Assembly: GCA_036677365.1 (NCBI GenBank)
Contig: JAVBWN010000016.1
Coordinates: 44,488-108,487 of the forward strand
DNA from: Acholeplasma sp.
GTDB lineage: Bacteria > Bacillota_I > Bacilli_A > Acholeplasmatales > UBA5453
Length of the DNA stretch: 64,000 bases
Direction of reading: 5' to 3'
Both the position numbers and the translations under genes were made by a program. Positions within the stretch are counted from its first letter, which is position 1. Each line of letters begins with the position of its first letter. The notes beneath the pieces are model-generated. The model was not told the DNA's origin and made no database searches. It saw only the letters and a list, made by a program, of their open reading frames with translations. Of this stretch, positions 51,139 through 61,480 are shown piece after piece.

Positions 51139-51798
51139 ATGAAACAAAAACTAATCTCAACAGAAGCTTTTGTTGCGAAAATCCAGGATGGCGCAAGCAT
51201 CATGGTAGGTGGGTTTATGAACATCGGAACACCAACAGGGATCATTGAAGAAATCCTTAAATCCGATTTAAAAGACCTCACCATCATCTGTAACGATGCG
51301 GGATTACCAGGCGTAGGCGTAGGTAAACTGATCGATGCAGGTAAAGTCAAAAAATTGATTGCATCTCACATCGGATTGAATCCGACAGCGGGTAAGAAGA
51401 TGCAAGCAGGGGAAATGGAGGTTGAACTCATTCCTCAAGGTACCTTGGCAGAACGCATTCGTGCTGCAGGTGCAGGTTTAGGTGGTTTCTTAACACCAAC
51501 AGGTAGAGGTACGATTGTGGCTGAAGGCAAACAAATCATTCAGTACAATGGCGAAGACTACTTATTAGAAAGACCTTTAAAAGCGGATGTTGCGATTTTA
51601 TTAGGACATCAAGTCGATAAAAAAGGCAATGTGATTTACAACAAGACGATTCGCAATTTCAACCCAATCATGGCTACCGCCGCGACTTTGGTCGGCGTGG
51701 AAGCCAGAAGTGTGGTCGAAATTGGTTCATTGAATCCGGATGCGATTCATACACCACACATTTTTGTGGATTATATTATGGGAGGCAATGACAAATGA
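51139..51798 (+). CDS. atoD: Acetate/butyrate-acetoacetate CoA-transferase subunit alpha
   Basis: [32 protein letters not shown]. Confidence 0.88.
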   Translation: MKQKLISTEAFVAKIQDGASIMVGGFMNIGTPTGIIEEILKSDLKDLTIICNDAGLPGVGVGKLIDAGKVKKLIASHIGLNPTAGKKMQAGEMEVELIPQGTLAERIRAAGAGLGGFLTPTGRGTIVAEGKQIIQYNGEDYLLERPLKADVAILLGHQVDKKGNVIYNKTIRNFNPIMATAATLVGVEARSVVEIGSLNPDAIHTPHIFVDYIMGGNDK

Positions 51799-52448
51799 TG
51801 AACCCTAAAGAACTCATTGCACGACGTGTTGCTAAAGAATTGAATGATGGCGACGTTGTGAACTTAGGCATTGGTCTACCAACCATGGTAGCGAATTACG
51901 TACCAAAAGATAAAGACATCACATTCCAATCCGAAAATGGAATGTTGGGATTGGGTCCTGTGCCTGCACAAGGCCATGAAGACTTCGATTTAACCAATGC
52001 GGGTGGTTCACCTGTCACGATGACCAATGGGGGGGTCTTCTTTGACAGTGCAACATCGTTTGGTATCATTCGTGGTGGACATGTGGACGCTACAGTCTTA
52101 GGCTCTCTACAAGTCGATGAACAAGGCAGCATCGCAAACTGGATCATCCCTGGTAAAATGGTGCCAGGCATGGGCGGCGCGATGGATTTATTGGTAGGGG
52201 CTAAAAAAGTCATTGTTGCGATGCAACATACATCGGGAGACGCATTAAAGATTTTAAAGAGATGTACATTACCACTCACTGCATTTAAAGAAGTAAACAT
52301 GATTGTCACAGAGTATGGCGTGATGGAAGTCACAGAACAAGGGCTTCTATTAAAAGAAATTGCTGAAGGTGTGACCGTCGAAGAGATTCAAAAAATCACT
52401 GAACCAACATTGATCATCAGTGAACATTTAAAAACTATGGAGATATAG
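51795..52448 (+). CDS. atoA: CoA-transferase subunit beta
   Basis: [27 protein letters not shown]. Confidence 0.88.
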   Translation: MMNPKELIARRVAKELNDGDVVNLGIGLPTMVANYVPKDKDITFQSENGMLGLGPVPAQGHEDFDLTNAGGSPVTMTNGGVFFDSATSFGIIRGGHVDATVLGSLQVDEQGSIANWIIPGKMVPGMGGAMDLLVGAKKVIVAMQHTSGDALKILKRCTLPLTAFKEVNMIVTEYGVMEVTEQGLLLKEIAEGVTVEEIQKITEPTLIISEHLKTMEI

Positions 52449-52457
52449 GAGAAAGAA

Positions 52458-53819
52458 ATGAAAAAGTTATTTGAAAAGTTAACTTCGGGTTCCGTTAAAC
52501 TCGTTGAAAAGTTTTTACCAGATCCATTTATTTTCGCAATCGCATTGACTTTCGTTGTTGTCATCATCAGTTTCTTTGTTACAAAAACCACACCGGTTGG
52601 CCTCGTTCAAGCATGGTATGGTGGATTTTGGAGCTTATTAGCATTCGCAATGCAAATGGCATTGATTTTAGTTACAGGTACTATTCTTGCTACAGCACCA
52701 GCATTTAAAAAAGGCTTAGGCTATTTAGCAAGCATTCCTAAAAACAGATTCACAGCCATCATTATGGTTTCAGTTGTATCCTTACTTGCATCCTTCATTA
52801 ACTGGGGATTCGGTTTAGTCATTGGTGCGATTTTCGCTAAAGAAGTGGCTAAGAGAGTGAAGAATATAGACTACCCTCTATTGGTCGCTACCGCTTATGC
52901 TGGTTTCGTTATTTGGCATGCGGGTATGTCTGGGTCCATCCCACTAGCACTTGCAACCGCGGGTGCAGCTTTAGGTACAGCTACGGGTGGTGCAGTCACA
53001 ACACCAATCGCAACCTCAGCAACCATTTTCTCATTATTTAACTTAGTCATCGTTGGCGTCATCGTCGTGACTTTACCGTTCTTGCTTGCAGCGATGCATC
53101 CAAAAGGCGATAAGATCAAATCGGTTGATCCTAAACTTTTAGAAGATGAAGCAGAACCAGCGAAAAAACCTAGAAATGAAATGACCCCAGCTGAAAAACT
53201 CGAAAACAGCTATGTCGTGAACTACTTATTAGCTGCGATGGGTTTCGCAGTCATCATTAAGTTCTTCATGGATTATGGTTTCAATCTAAACCTTAACATC
53301 GTTATATTCATTTTCTTATTTGCAGCCATTGCTTTACATGGTACACCAATCGCTGTCGTTAGAGCTGTCAACAGTGCAGCTAAATCGACCGGTGGTATCA
53401 TCTTACAATTCCCATTCTATGCAGGTATCATGGGCTTAATGACCACAGCAGGTCCTACAGGCATCTCACTTGCCGGTGCGATTTCTGACTTCTTCGTCAA
53501 TATTTCCAATGAAACCACATTCCCATTATTCTCATTCTTATCCGCAGGTATCGTCAACGTATTCGTACCTTCCGGTGGTGGTCAATGGGCAGTTCAAGGT
53601 CCGATCATGATGCCAGCCGGCGCGGCTTTAGGTGTAGATGCAGCGAAGACTGCGATGTCTATTGCTTGGGGTGACGCTTGGACCAACATGATTCAACCGT
53701 TCTGGGCATTACCAGTCTTAGGTATCGCTAAGCTTGGTGCGAAGAACATCATGGGTTATTGCTTAATCGTCTTATTATACACAGGTGTCATCATCGGACT
53801 AGGCTTACTCCTTTTATAG
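52458..53819 (+). CDS. atoE: Short-chain fatty acid transporter
   Basis: LPDPFIFA, FAMQMAL, LQFPFYAGIMG, PSGGGQWAVQGP, QPFWALP. Confidence 0.9.
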   Translation: MKKLFEKLTSGSVKLVEKFLPDPFIFAIALTFVVVIISFFVTKTTPVGLVQAWYGGFWSLLAFAMQMALILVTGTILATAPAFKKGLGYLASIPKNRFTAIIMVSVVSLLASFINWGFGLVIGAIFAKEVAKRVKNIDYPLLVATAYAGFVIWHAGMSGSIPLALATAGAALGTATGGAVTTPIATSATIFSLFNLVIVGVIVVTLPFLLAAMHPKGDKIKSVDPKLLEDEAEPAKKPRNEMTPAEKLENSYVVNYLLAAMGFAVIIKFFMDYGFNLNLNIVIFIFLFAAIALHGTPIAVVRAVNSAAKSTGGIILQFPFYAGIMGLMTTAGPTGISLAGAISDFFVNISNETTFPLFSFLSAGIVNVFVPSGGGQWAVQGPIMMPAGAALGVDAAKTAMSIAWGDAWTNMIQPFWALPVLGIAKLGAKNIMGYCLIVLLYTGVIIGLGLLLL

Positions 53820-53820
53820 G

Positions 53821-55035
53821 ATGATCACCATGTCTAAAGTATATATCGTCGCTGCCAAACGTACAGGCATCGGCACATTCTTGGGTTCACTCACGAATGT
53901 GTCCGCGGCCGAACTCGGTGCGGCAGTTGTAAAACAAATCGTCACCGATGTGAATTTTAAACCTGAACACATCGATGAAGTCATTTCAGGTAACGTATTA
54001 CCCGCAGGTCAAGGTCAAGGCGTTGGAAGACAAGTGGTTATAAAAGCTGGCTTTCCGAACTCAGTCGTAGGCTATGGCGTGTCGATGGTGTGCGGTTCTG
54101 GGATGAAAGCCATCATGGATGGTTATTTAAAGATTCAAGCGGGTTGGGCCAACGTGATCATCGCGGGTGGTACCGAATCGATGAGCCAAGCACCTTATTT
54201 AATTCCTTATAAAACAAGAATTGGTGCGAAGATGGCGAACTTTGAAGTGGTAGACCACATGATCTACGATGCCCTCATCGATGCCTATGATGGCATTCAT
54301 ATGGGCATCACCGCTGAAAACATTGTTTCTAAACATCAAATCTCTAGAGAAACACAAGACGAATTCGCTTTTGCTTCTCAACAAAAAGCCATTCAAGCAG
54401 TCGATTCCGGGCGTTTCAACGACGAAATCGTACCACTTGAAGTTAAAGTCGGTAAAGACGTGGTTGTTTTTGATAAAGATGAATACCCAAATCGTAAGAC
54501 ATCCTTAGAAAAGCTAGCTACATTAAAACCTGCTTTTAAAAAAGATGGCAGCGTCACTGCCGGAAACGCCTCTGGCATCAACGATGGTGCCGCTTATGTC
54601 ATGTTGGCATCCGAAGCTGCGGTTAAACAATACAATCTCGTCCCTCTCGTTGAGATTGTCGGTGTAGACCAAGCAGCGATTGATCCAAAAGTCATGGGCT
54701 TAGGCCCCGTCAGTGCGATTAAAAACGTATTAAAGAGAACACATACCGATTTAAAATCTGTAGACTTATTAGAACTCAATGAAGCCTTCGCTGCACAAAG
54801 CCTAGGTGTCATTAAAGAATTATCTGAAGATTTGAATATCGATTCTAAATGGTTCTTCGAAAGAACCAATGTCAATGGCGGGGCCATCGCTTTAGGTCAC
54901 CCTGTTGGCGCGAGTGGTGCGAGAATTGTCGTCACGCTCATTCACGAAATGAAGAAGAGACAAAGTCAAACCGGTTTAGCCTCGCTTTGTATCGGTGGCG
55001 GTATGGGTACAGCTATTTTGGTTAAGCGTGTATAA
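53821..55035 (+). CDS. atoB: Acetyl-CoA acetyltransferase (thiolase)
   Basis: VCGSGM, NEAFA, GHPVGASG, CIGGG. Confidence 0.92.
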   Translation: MITMSKVYIVAAKRTGIGTFLGSLTNVSAAELGAAVVKQIVTDVNFKPEHIDEVISGNVLPAGQGQGVGRQVVIKAGFPNSVVGYGVSMVCGSGMKAIMDGYLKIQAGWANVIIAGGTESMSQAPYLIPYKTRIGAKMANFEVVDHMIYDALIDAYDGIHMGITAENIVSKHQISRETQDEFAFASQQKAIQAVDSGRFNDEIVPLEVKVGKDVVVFDKDEYPNRKTSLEKLATLKPAFKKDGSVTAGNASGINDGAAYVMLASEAAVKQYNLVPLVEIVGVDQAAIDPKVMGLGPVSAIKNVLKRTHTDLKSVDLLELNEAFAAQSLGVIKELSEDLNIDSKWFFERTNVNGGAIALGHPVGASGARIVVTLIHEMKKRQSQTGLASLCIGGGMGTAILVKRV

Positions 55036-55064
55036 TCGGCTTTGATATAAACCCCCAAAGTTTA

Positions 55065-55109
55065 GAAAAGGATGGATTCCCTCAAAATCAAATCCATCCT
55101 TTTTCTTTT
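55065..55109 (+). terminator. Terminator after atoB
   Basis: GAAAAGGATGGATT...AATCCATCCTTTTC-TTTT. Confidence 0.75.
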
Positions 55110-55181
55110 CAAAAGTTAGTGATAATAAACATCTTTGATATATTTGAGTATAATAAGAATAGATGAATTGTGGAGGCTATT

Positions 55182-55361
55182 ATGAACTTATCCATGGCAC
55201 CTGAATTGCTTGTGAGCATTTTGAATACGAAGTTACGTAACGATTATGCATCACTATATGACTTATGTGAGGACTTAGACATCCATATGGATGATTTAGA
55301 AGTGACACTAAAGCGTCACGGCTACCATTATGATGAAAACCAAAATCAAATCAAGAAATAA
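55182..55361 (+). CDS. DUF4250-like small protein
   Basis: LVSILNTKLRNDY.SL..LCED, GYHYDENQNQ; GGAGG RBS. Confidence 0.8.
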   Translation: MNLSMAPELLVSILNTKLRNDYASLYDLCEDLDIHMDDLEVTLKRHGYHYDENQNQIKK

Positions 55362-55509
55362 TTTAACGTTCATAATCTATACTGATATATGAATGTTTTT
55401 TTTCAGATAGTTTTGGCATAACAGGTGCAAAACACTTATAAAAAATAAATCCATAATTAAGTGATTCCTAGGTTATAATTATAGTAAACAATCGATTGGA
55501 GTTTGCTTT

Positions 55510-58179
55510 ATGAATTTAAATCAATTTCCGTTTCAAGGTACATTTAGAGATTATCAACAACGCGTGTTGGATCAAGCATCTAACTACTTAGATGATGGTA
55601 AAATTCACATCGTCGCGGCACCAGGGTCTGGCAAAACCATACTAGGGCTAGAACTGATCACGAGACTCAATCAGCCAACGCTGATTCTTTCACCATCGAT
55701 TACCATCAAACACCAGTGGATGGAACGGTTCGTCAAAAACTTCTTAGCAGACTCGACCAAAGAATCCATCTATGTGTCCTCAGATGTCCTCCATCTTAAA
55801 CCCATCACATCCATCACATATCAAGCTTTACACGCAGCGATGAACCGAATGTTATTGGAAGAAAGCGATGAGGTCGAATCTGAAACCGAACACATCGATT
55901 TTTCAAACTTTGATTTAATTAAGCAATGTCTAACCTTTGGGGTAAAAACCATTTGCTTGGATGAAGCACACCACTTGAGGAGTGAGTGGCACAAATCCCT
56001 TTCGAACTTTATCAAGGCCTTAGGAAAGGATATTAAAATCATCGCTTTAACGGCGACACCACCCTACGATTCCAGTCCTTCCGAGTGGGACAAATACATT
56101 GAATTATGTGGTGACATCGATGAAGAGATTTTTATCCCTGAATTGGTGCATCAACACACACTCGCCCCACACCAAGACTACATCTATTTTAACTATCCAA
56201 GTGAAATAGAAACGAAACTTATTTTGGATTACCGTCAACACGCATTTCGTGTATATGAGGTACTCAAACAAGACCCAGAATATATCGAAGCTTTAAAATC
56301 CATCTATCAATCATATGAAAACGATATGGAACGCATCTTAGACAATCCGGATGTATTCATTTCTTTTCTCATGCTTTTAGCGGATTCAGGATCTATTGTC
56401 CCCACCAAACTGATTAAAAACATCACCAATCAAAAACACTTACCTAAGATGACGATACCACGCCTTGAACAGGGGTTATCTTTCTTATTATCACACCAGG
56501 ATTCAAATCCATCCGTTTTATATGTGAAGCAATACCTCACTAAACATAACCTCATTGAACGGAATCAACTGAGTCTTTATTACAACGCCAAAATCATTAA
56601 GACCATCATCGGATCCTCAGCCAAACTCAATTCCATTCAAACCATCGTGAACGCTGAATATAACGTACTTGGCGATGCTTTACGTATGGTGATTTTGACT
56701 GACTTCATCAAAAAAGACCAATTGAACTTGATTCATACCAATGAACCATTAACCACCATCGGTACGACAACGATATTTGAGTCGGTGCGCAGGGCGTTAC
56801 CAAAACACCCAAAAATAGCATTATTATCGGGTAGTCTCATCATTCTGCCTTTATCTATATTGTCTATAATTCAAAGCCACCCAGACTGGGTTTCACCTGG
56901 TTATTCAACCACACCAATCTCAACTGAATTCATGACGGTTTCATTCAGTGGTTCAAACAAGCATAAAGTCAAACTCATCACAGCCTTATTTGAACAGGGT
57001 GCGATTGAAATCATCATTGGAACCGCGTCTTTACTAGGAGAAGGCTGGGATTCACCAGCCGTCAATAGTTTGATTCTCGCATCTTATGTGGGTTCATTCA
57101 TGTTATCCAATCAAATGCGCGGTAGAGCGATTCGAATAGACCCAAGGCAGCCCAATAAAGTGTCCAATATTTGGCATTTGGTATCGATTGAACCGGATGC
57201 CAATGAATATGAGTTAGAAAGAACCAGTTTAGCTTCATACGACATTGGCATCCATAAAAATATCATCCATTCAGCCGATTATGATACGCTTAAAAAGCGG
57301 TTTGATTGTTTCATGGGTCCAGCGTATCATAGTGATTCCATCGAAAGTGGGATAGATAGAATTGACATCATCAAACCCCCATTTCATCCAAAGAAATTTG
57401 ATCATATCAACCAACAAATGATCGAACTTTCTAAAGACCGTGAGCAGGTCAAAACGCGATGGCAAACCTCGATTGATCAGTACGATGATTATGGTGTATT
57501 TGAACGTGTTGAAGTGGAAAAACCCAAATTACCACTTGGTGCGTCCTTTTACCATTATGCAAGAGAGGTATTGATGATCATTCTTATGATTCTCATGAAC
57601 ACTCTGTTTCGAGTCAAGATTGAAACTGCCAACATACAGGTTTTATTCTATTACTTGTTATATCTAGTCATTCTGTCTGGATTAACCTATAGTACCTATG
57701 TATTATTCAAGTACTTATCGCCATTGAATTATCTGAAATGGATTGGGGTAGCGATCCTCAATACGTATAAAGATGAACAAATCATCGAATCCCGCACCTC
57801 AAAGGTACGTGTTCAATACGATGATTTCAAAATCCACACCTTCATTGAGCTTTCAAACGCAAATGTCCATGACCAACATGTATTTACCAACGCGATGAAA
57901 GAGGTCTTATCACCGATTGAAAATCCACGATATCTGATTGTTCAAAAAGGGTGGTTTGGTTTGAATTATAAAATCAGTTTCAACGCACCATCGTTGATTT
58001 CTAATGCTGAGATTGGAAGAAATTTGGAACATCAATTATCCAAAGTATTAGACAAATATGTACTCATATACACCCGAAGTATTGAAGGCAGAAAACACTT
58101 ATTAAAGGCGAAAGCGAAGTCCTTCATTAATAAAAATGATCGAAAACTCCGAAAAGCCAGAGCTATTAATCGATACTAA
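55510..58179 (+). CDS. Superfamily II (DEAH) helicase-like protein with C-terminal hydrophobic segments
   Basis: APGSGKT, LDEAHH, LTATPP, LGEGWD, QMRGRAIR. Confidence 0.85.
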   Translation: MNLNQFPFQGTFRDYQQRVLDQASNYLDDGKIHIVAAPGSGKTILGLELITRLNQPTLILSPSITIKHQWMERFVKNFLADSTKESIYVSSDVLHLKPITSITYQALHAAMNRMLLEESDEVESETEHIDFSNFDLIKQCLTFGVKTICLDEAHHLRSEWHKSLSNFIKALGKDIKIIALTATPPYDSSPSEWDKYIELCGDIDEEIFIPELVHQHTLAPHQDYIYFNYPSEIETKLILDYRQHAFRVYEVLKQDPEYIEALKSIYQSYENDMERILDNPDVFISFLMLLADSGSIVPTKLIKNITNQKHLPKMTIPRLEQGLSFLLSHQDSNPSVLYVKQYLTKHNLIERNQLSLYYNAKIIKTIIGSSAKLNSIQTIVNAEYNVLGDALRMVILTDFIKKDQLNLIHTNEPLTTIGTTTIFESVRRALPKHPKIALLSGSLIILPLSILSIIQSHPDWVSPGYSTTPISTEFMTVSFSGSNKHKVKLITALFEQGAIEIIIGTASLLGEGWDSPAVNSLILASYVGSFMLSNQMRGRAIRIDPRQPNKVSNIWHLVSIEPDANEYELERTSLASYDIGIHKNIIHSADYDTLKKRFDCFMGPAYHSDSIESGIDRIDIIKPPFHPKKFDHINQQMIELSKDREQVKTRWQTSIDQYDDYGVFERVEVEKPKLPLGASFYHYAREVLMIILMILMNTLFRVKIETANIQVLFYYLLYLVILSGLTYSTYVLFKYLSPLNYLKWIGVAILNTYKDEQIIESRTSKVRVQYDDFKIHTFIELSNANVHDQHVFTNAMKEVLSPIENPRYLIVQKGWFGLNYKISFNAPSLISNAEIGRNLEHQLSKVLDKYVLIYTRSIEGRKHLLKAKAKSFINKNDRKLRKARAINRY

Positions 58180-58279
58180 TTGAATAGGGATAATAACCAT
58201 TTGTGATATTTTTCTTACAATGAAAAAAAGTCTCTCAATTGACTGCTTGAACACGTATCAAAGTGTAGTATAATGAATG

Positions 58280-58352
58280 AGGTTGGACAGTATCGGGGAA
58301 ACTGCTCACTCACTGTTAAGGGGTTATGCGAAAGCATAATCCTTTATGTTTT
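58280..58352 (+). ncRNA. Candidate small non-coding RNA
   Basis: TTGAAC-16-TATAAT, about 70 nt with no ORF, GAAA-capped hairpin and T-rich tail. Confidence 0.4.
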
Positions 58353-58433
58353 TCTAAAGGATAAAACTCAATTCATTTATATCTTAACAATGGTGTATAA
58401 TGAAGATAGTATAAACGTTTAGGAGGATGACCT

Positions 58434-59720
58434 ATGAATCAAATCAAATGCCCCCATTGTGGCGAAGAGTTTACTTTAAATGATGAAGGTTATTTAAACA
58501 TCATCAATCAAGTCAAAACCAAAGAATTCAATCAAGAGATCCACCAAAGACTCGAACAGCTGAAAGTTCAAAATCAAAAAGACATTGAGATTGAAAGAAC
58601 CAAAGTGGAATCCAACTTCTTACAAAAATTATCTTTAAAAGAACAAGAACTCCAATCTTTAAAAGATAAAATCTTAAACTCAGAACAAGCCAAATCTTTG
58701 GCGGTTTTAAGTGCTGAAGGCAAATTAAAAGAACAACTTAAACAACAAGAACTTACCATTCAACAACTTCAATCCAAAATCGAAACGGTTTTAAAAGATA
58801 AACAGCTCGAAACCCAAGCAGTATTATCGAAAAAAGAACAAGCCCTTCAAGAACTTACCGCACGGATTGAACTAGAAAAGAAACAAGCAGAACTTGAAAA
58901 AGCATCGATCAAACAACGATACGATGAACAGCTCAAACAAAAAGACGAAGCGATTGCTTATTATAAAGACCTTAAAACCAAACTATCGACCAAGATGGTG
59001 GGTGAAACCTTAGAACAACACTGTGAGTATGAATTCAATAACCTCCGTGCCTTAGCTTTCCCAAGAGCCACCTTCGGTAAAGATAATGATATTCAAAGTG
59101 GTTCTAAAGGGGACTATATTTACCGTGAAGTCGATGAAAATGGGGTTGAAATCTTATCGATTATGTTCGAAATGAAAAATGAACAAGATGAAACAGCCAC
59201 CAAAAAGAAGAATGAGAACTTCCTTAAAGAACTCGATAAAGACAGAAACGAGAAGAAGTGTGAATACGCAATTCTCGTATCATTATTAGAAAGTGAGAAT
59301 GAACTCTATAATAATGGTATTGTCGATGTTTCTCATATTTACCCAAAGATGTATGTCATCAGACCTCAATTTTTCATTCCAATGATTACACTCCTTAGAA
59401 ACGCCTCATTAAACGCTTTGAAATACAAACAAGAAGCCGCTTTGATGCGTAGACAGAATATTGACATCACCACATTCGAAGACGATTTAAATGCCTTTAA
59501 ACAAGCCTTCTCTAAGAATTATGAACTCGCAAGTCGTAAGTTTGGTGACGCGATTGATGAAATTGATAAAACCATCAAATCGCTTCAAAAAACAAAGGAA
59601 TATCTAATATCAAGTGATAACAACTTAAGACTCGCCAATGATAAAGCAGACAGTTTAACCGTGAAAAAACTCACCAAGAATAACCCAACGATGAAGAAGA
59701 AGTTTGAAGAGTTAGAGTAA
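58434..59720 (+). CDS. DUF2130 domain coiled-coil protein
   Basis: IKCPHCG, long coiled coil, [29 protein letters not shown]. Confidence 0.85.
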   Translation: MNQIKCPHCGEEFTLNDEGYLNIINQVKTKEFNQEIHQRLEQLKVQNQKDIEIERTKVESNFLQKLSLKEQELQSLKDKILNSEQAKSLAVLSAEGKLKEQLKQQELTIQQLQSKIETVLKDKQLETQAVLSKKEQALQELTARIELEKKQAELEKASIKQRYDEQLKQKDEAIAYYKDLKTKLSTKMVGETLEQHCEYEFNNLRALAFPRATFGKDNDIQSGSKGDYIYREVDENGVEILSIMFEMKNEQDETATKKKNENFLKELDKDRNEKKCEYAILVSLLESENELYNNGIVDVSHIYPKMYVIRPQFFIPMITLLRNASLNALKYKQEAALMRRQNIDITTFEDDLNAFKQAFSKNYELASRKFGDAIDEIDKTIKSLQKTKEYLISSDNNLRLANDKADSLTVKKLTKNNPTMKKKFEELE

Positions 59721-59733
59721 GGGGGACGAATAG

Positions 59734-60192
59734 ATGAATAAACATGTCAAAGATACACTTTTGAAACAAGGGATTCCCAATCAAGTTGAACGAATGATTG
59801 TAGATGAACAAGAAATTCAGCACCTGGTTGAATTAGAACAAGCGGGGGCATTGCCTAAAAATATCAAAAAACAACCCCAAGTGATTAAAGACTTGAATAC
59901 CATTCAACAGTTGTCAGAAAACTACTTAAACCATCAAACACTGCCAGAAAACATTGAACGTGTTGAAACAAAAGATCAGTATGGCAATCAAAGATTTTTA
60001 TATATTAAAAAAAATACGTTTGACTATTTTATCCTTGAAACCTTAGACCAAAATGACATAGAATTGTTATTAAAAGTACAAGAAAACACTTATATGAAGC
60101 GCATATCGTTTGTCTTGTTATATTTTATGTGGCTATCCATCATTAGTTTATCGATTTCATTGCTTTGGTTCATCTATGTAATATCCAATTGA
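59734..60192 (+). CDS. Hypothetical protein with C-terminal TM helix
   Basis: 152-aa ORF with GGGGG RBS; hydrophobic C-terminus. Confidence 0.65.
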   Translation: MNKHVKDTLLKQGIPNQVERMIVDEQEIQHLVELEQAGALPKNIKKQPQVIKDLNTIQQLSENYLNHQTLPENIERVETKDQYGNQRFLYIKKNTFDYFILETLDQNDIELLLKVQENTYMKRISFVLLYFMWLSIISLSISLLWFIYVISN

Positions 60193-60262
60193 TCATCTAT
60201 AACATTAATATTAATTCGATTTATCCAAATATAAAAACCTCTGTTTTAGCAAACGAATGCTA

Positions 60263-60372
60263 TGAAATGATCCCCTTAAAGTAGACACTACAAATAATTT
60301 AAGTTTGTAGAAGTTTACAGAGAGGGGATTTTTTCTTTATGCATAGAACATCAAGATTCAGTAAGGAAGATA
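60263..60372 (+). mobile_element. IS3-family left-end remnant with a stub of orfA
   Basis: TGAAATGATCCCCTTAAAGTAGACAC resembles IS3/IS150 inverted repeats; folds back onto AGGGGAT; ATG 60339 reads MHRTSRFSKED. Confidence 0.55.
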
Positions 60373-60386
60373 GAAGGTTATGTTAT

Positions 60387-60453
60387 AAAAAAAATGCTCT
60401 TTCGCTAGAATATAGCAAAAAAGCATATAAACTCCTATGAGTTTTGATCTTCG
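60387..60453 (-). ncRNA. Candidate small RNA downstream of the Abi gene (possible antitoxin)
   Basis: Minus-strand TTGACT-17-TATAAT, stem-loop AAACTC/GAGTTT, 14-bp terminator stem and U-tract. Confidence 0.6.
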
Positions 60454-60470
60454 TATGTATTATATACCAC

Positions 60471-61367
60471 TCAAACAAAATAGTCAATTATTTCAGTAAG
60501 TGCTTGAAATCTTGCTTTTATCAAAGTGTTTGACAACATAAAATCTCCATTATCATCTAGAGGTGTTTTAAATATAAGCCTTGCACTGGTAAGATACTGT
60601 CTCGATCTAAAAATATCAGGGTTTATCTTGTGAAAAACATACAACATAGTGATAAAATCGTGCAAGACAGGGCTTTCAATAATTTTTCTGCGTCTATCTG
60701 ATTTCATCCCATTAGAGGAAATAAAAGTGGATATTTCACTTGAGTATCTAAAACCCGGTATGGAATATGGCTTCTTTAGACTATTTAATAGACAGTTATT
60801 ATGTGCTACTGCATTTCTAAGAAACTTTATGTGATGCATTATATGTGAGTAATTATCAGTTGAGGGATATTTATTGAAATAGAAGGAGTATAGTGAAAGG
60901 AGTTCTCCAAAACTTAAAACCTCAGAGATTGTCCATATCGAAAAGTTGCTTTCATATTTAAGTATTAACTCGTTGCAAACAGATTGTGATTGTTTCTTTT
61001 TTATGCTTGATTCGATATTTGGATATGATTTCAGAAAATCGCTTACCAATGAATATCCATCCTCTTTATCATTCAAAGTTATAGATTTAATTAAATTTTG
61101 TTTGATTAAATGTTCTAAATGTATGACCATTTTTAAACAAAACTCTCTAAATTGACGATCAATGTCTGCCATAGTTTTTAGGTAGTTGAAATCAAGATTG
61201 ATATAGGTTCCATCGGATTTTTTGTCATAATTTTTGCAGTAGGATTTTAGACGAAAATAACTATTTTTGTTCATCAAATAGCTTATTACAGTATCTTTAT
61301 CATGCCATTTGAAGGTAATTCCCTTCGAAGATAAATGATTAAATTGATTTTCGAAATCTAACTTCAT
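60471..61367 (-). CDS. Abi_2 (AbiD/AbiF-like) HEPN protein
   Basis: YFRLKSY, D..FR, EHLIK, W..SEVLSFGEL, HEPN Rx4H motif LRNAVAHNN. Confidence 0.88.
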   Translation of the reverse strand: MKLDFENQFNHLSSKGITFKWHDKDTVISYLMNKNSYFRLKSYCKNYDKKSDGTYINLDFNYLKTMADIDRQFREFCLKMVIHLEHLIKQNLIKSITLNDKEDGYSLVSDFLKSYPNIESSIKKKQSQSVCNELILKYESNFSIWTISEVLSFGELLSLYSFYFNKYPSTDNYSHIMHHIKFLRNAVAHNNCLLNSLKKPYSIPGFRYSSEISTFISSNGMKSDRRRKIIESPVLHDFITMLYVFHKINPDIFRSRQYLTSARLIFKTPLDDNGDFMLSNTLIKARFQALTEIIDYFV

Positions 61368-61439
61368 TGTACCTCACCGGCCTTCGCTAATTAATTATAA
61401 CACTAAATAGATAATTTATACTATATTGAAAAATGACAT

Positions 61440-61480
61440 AAAAAAGAGACTTCAAAGTTAGGAGTCTCTAGTCTCTTTTT
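61440..61480 (-). terminator. Terminator of the Rgg-like gene
   Basis: Minus strand AGAGACT...AGTCTCT followed by T-tract. Confidence 0.6.
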
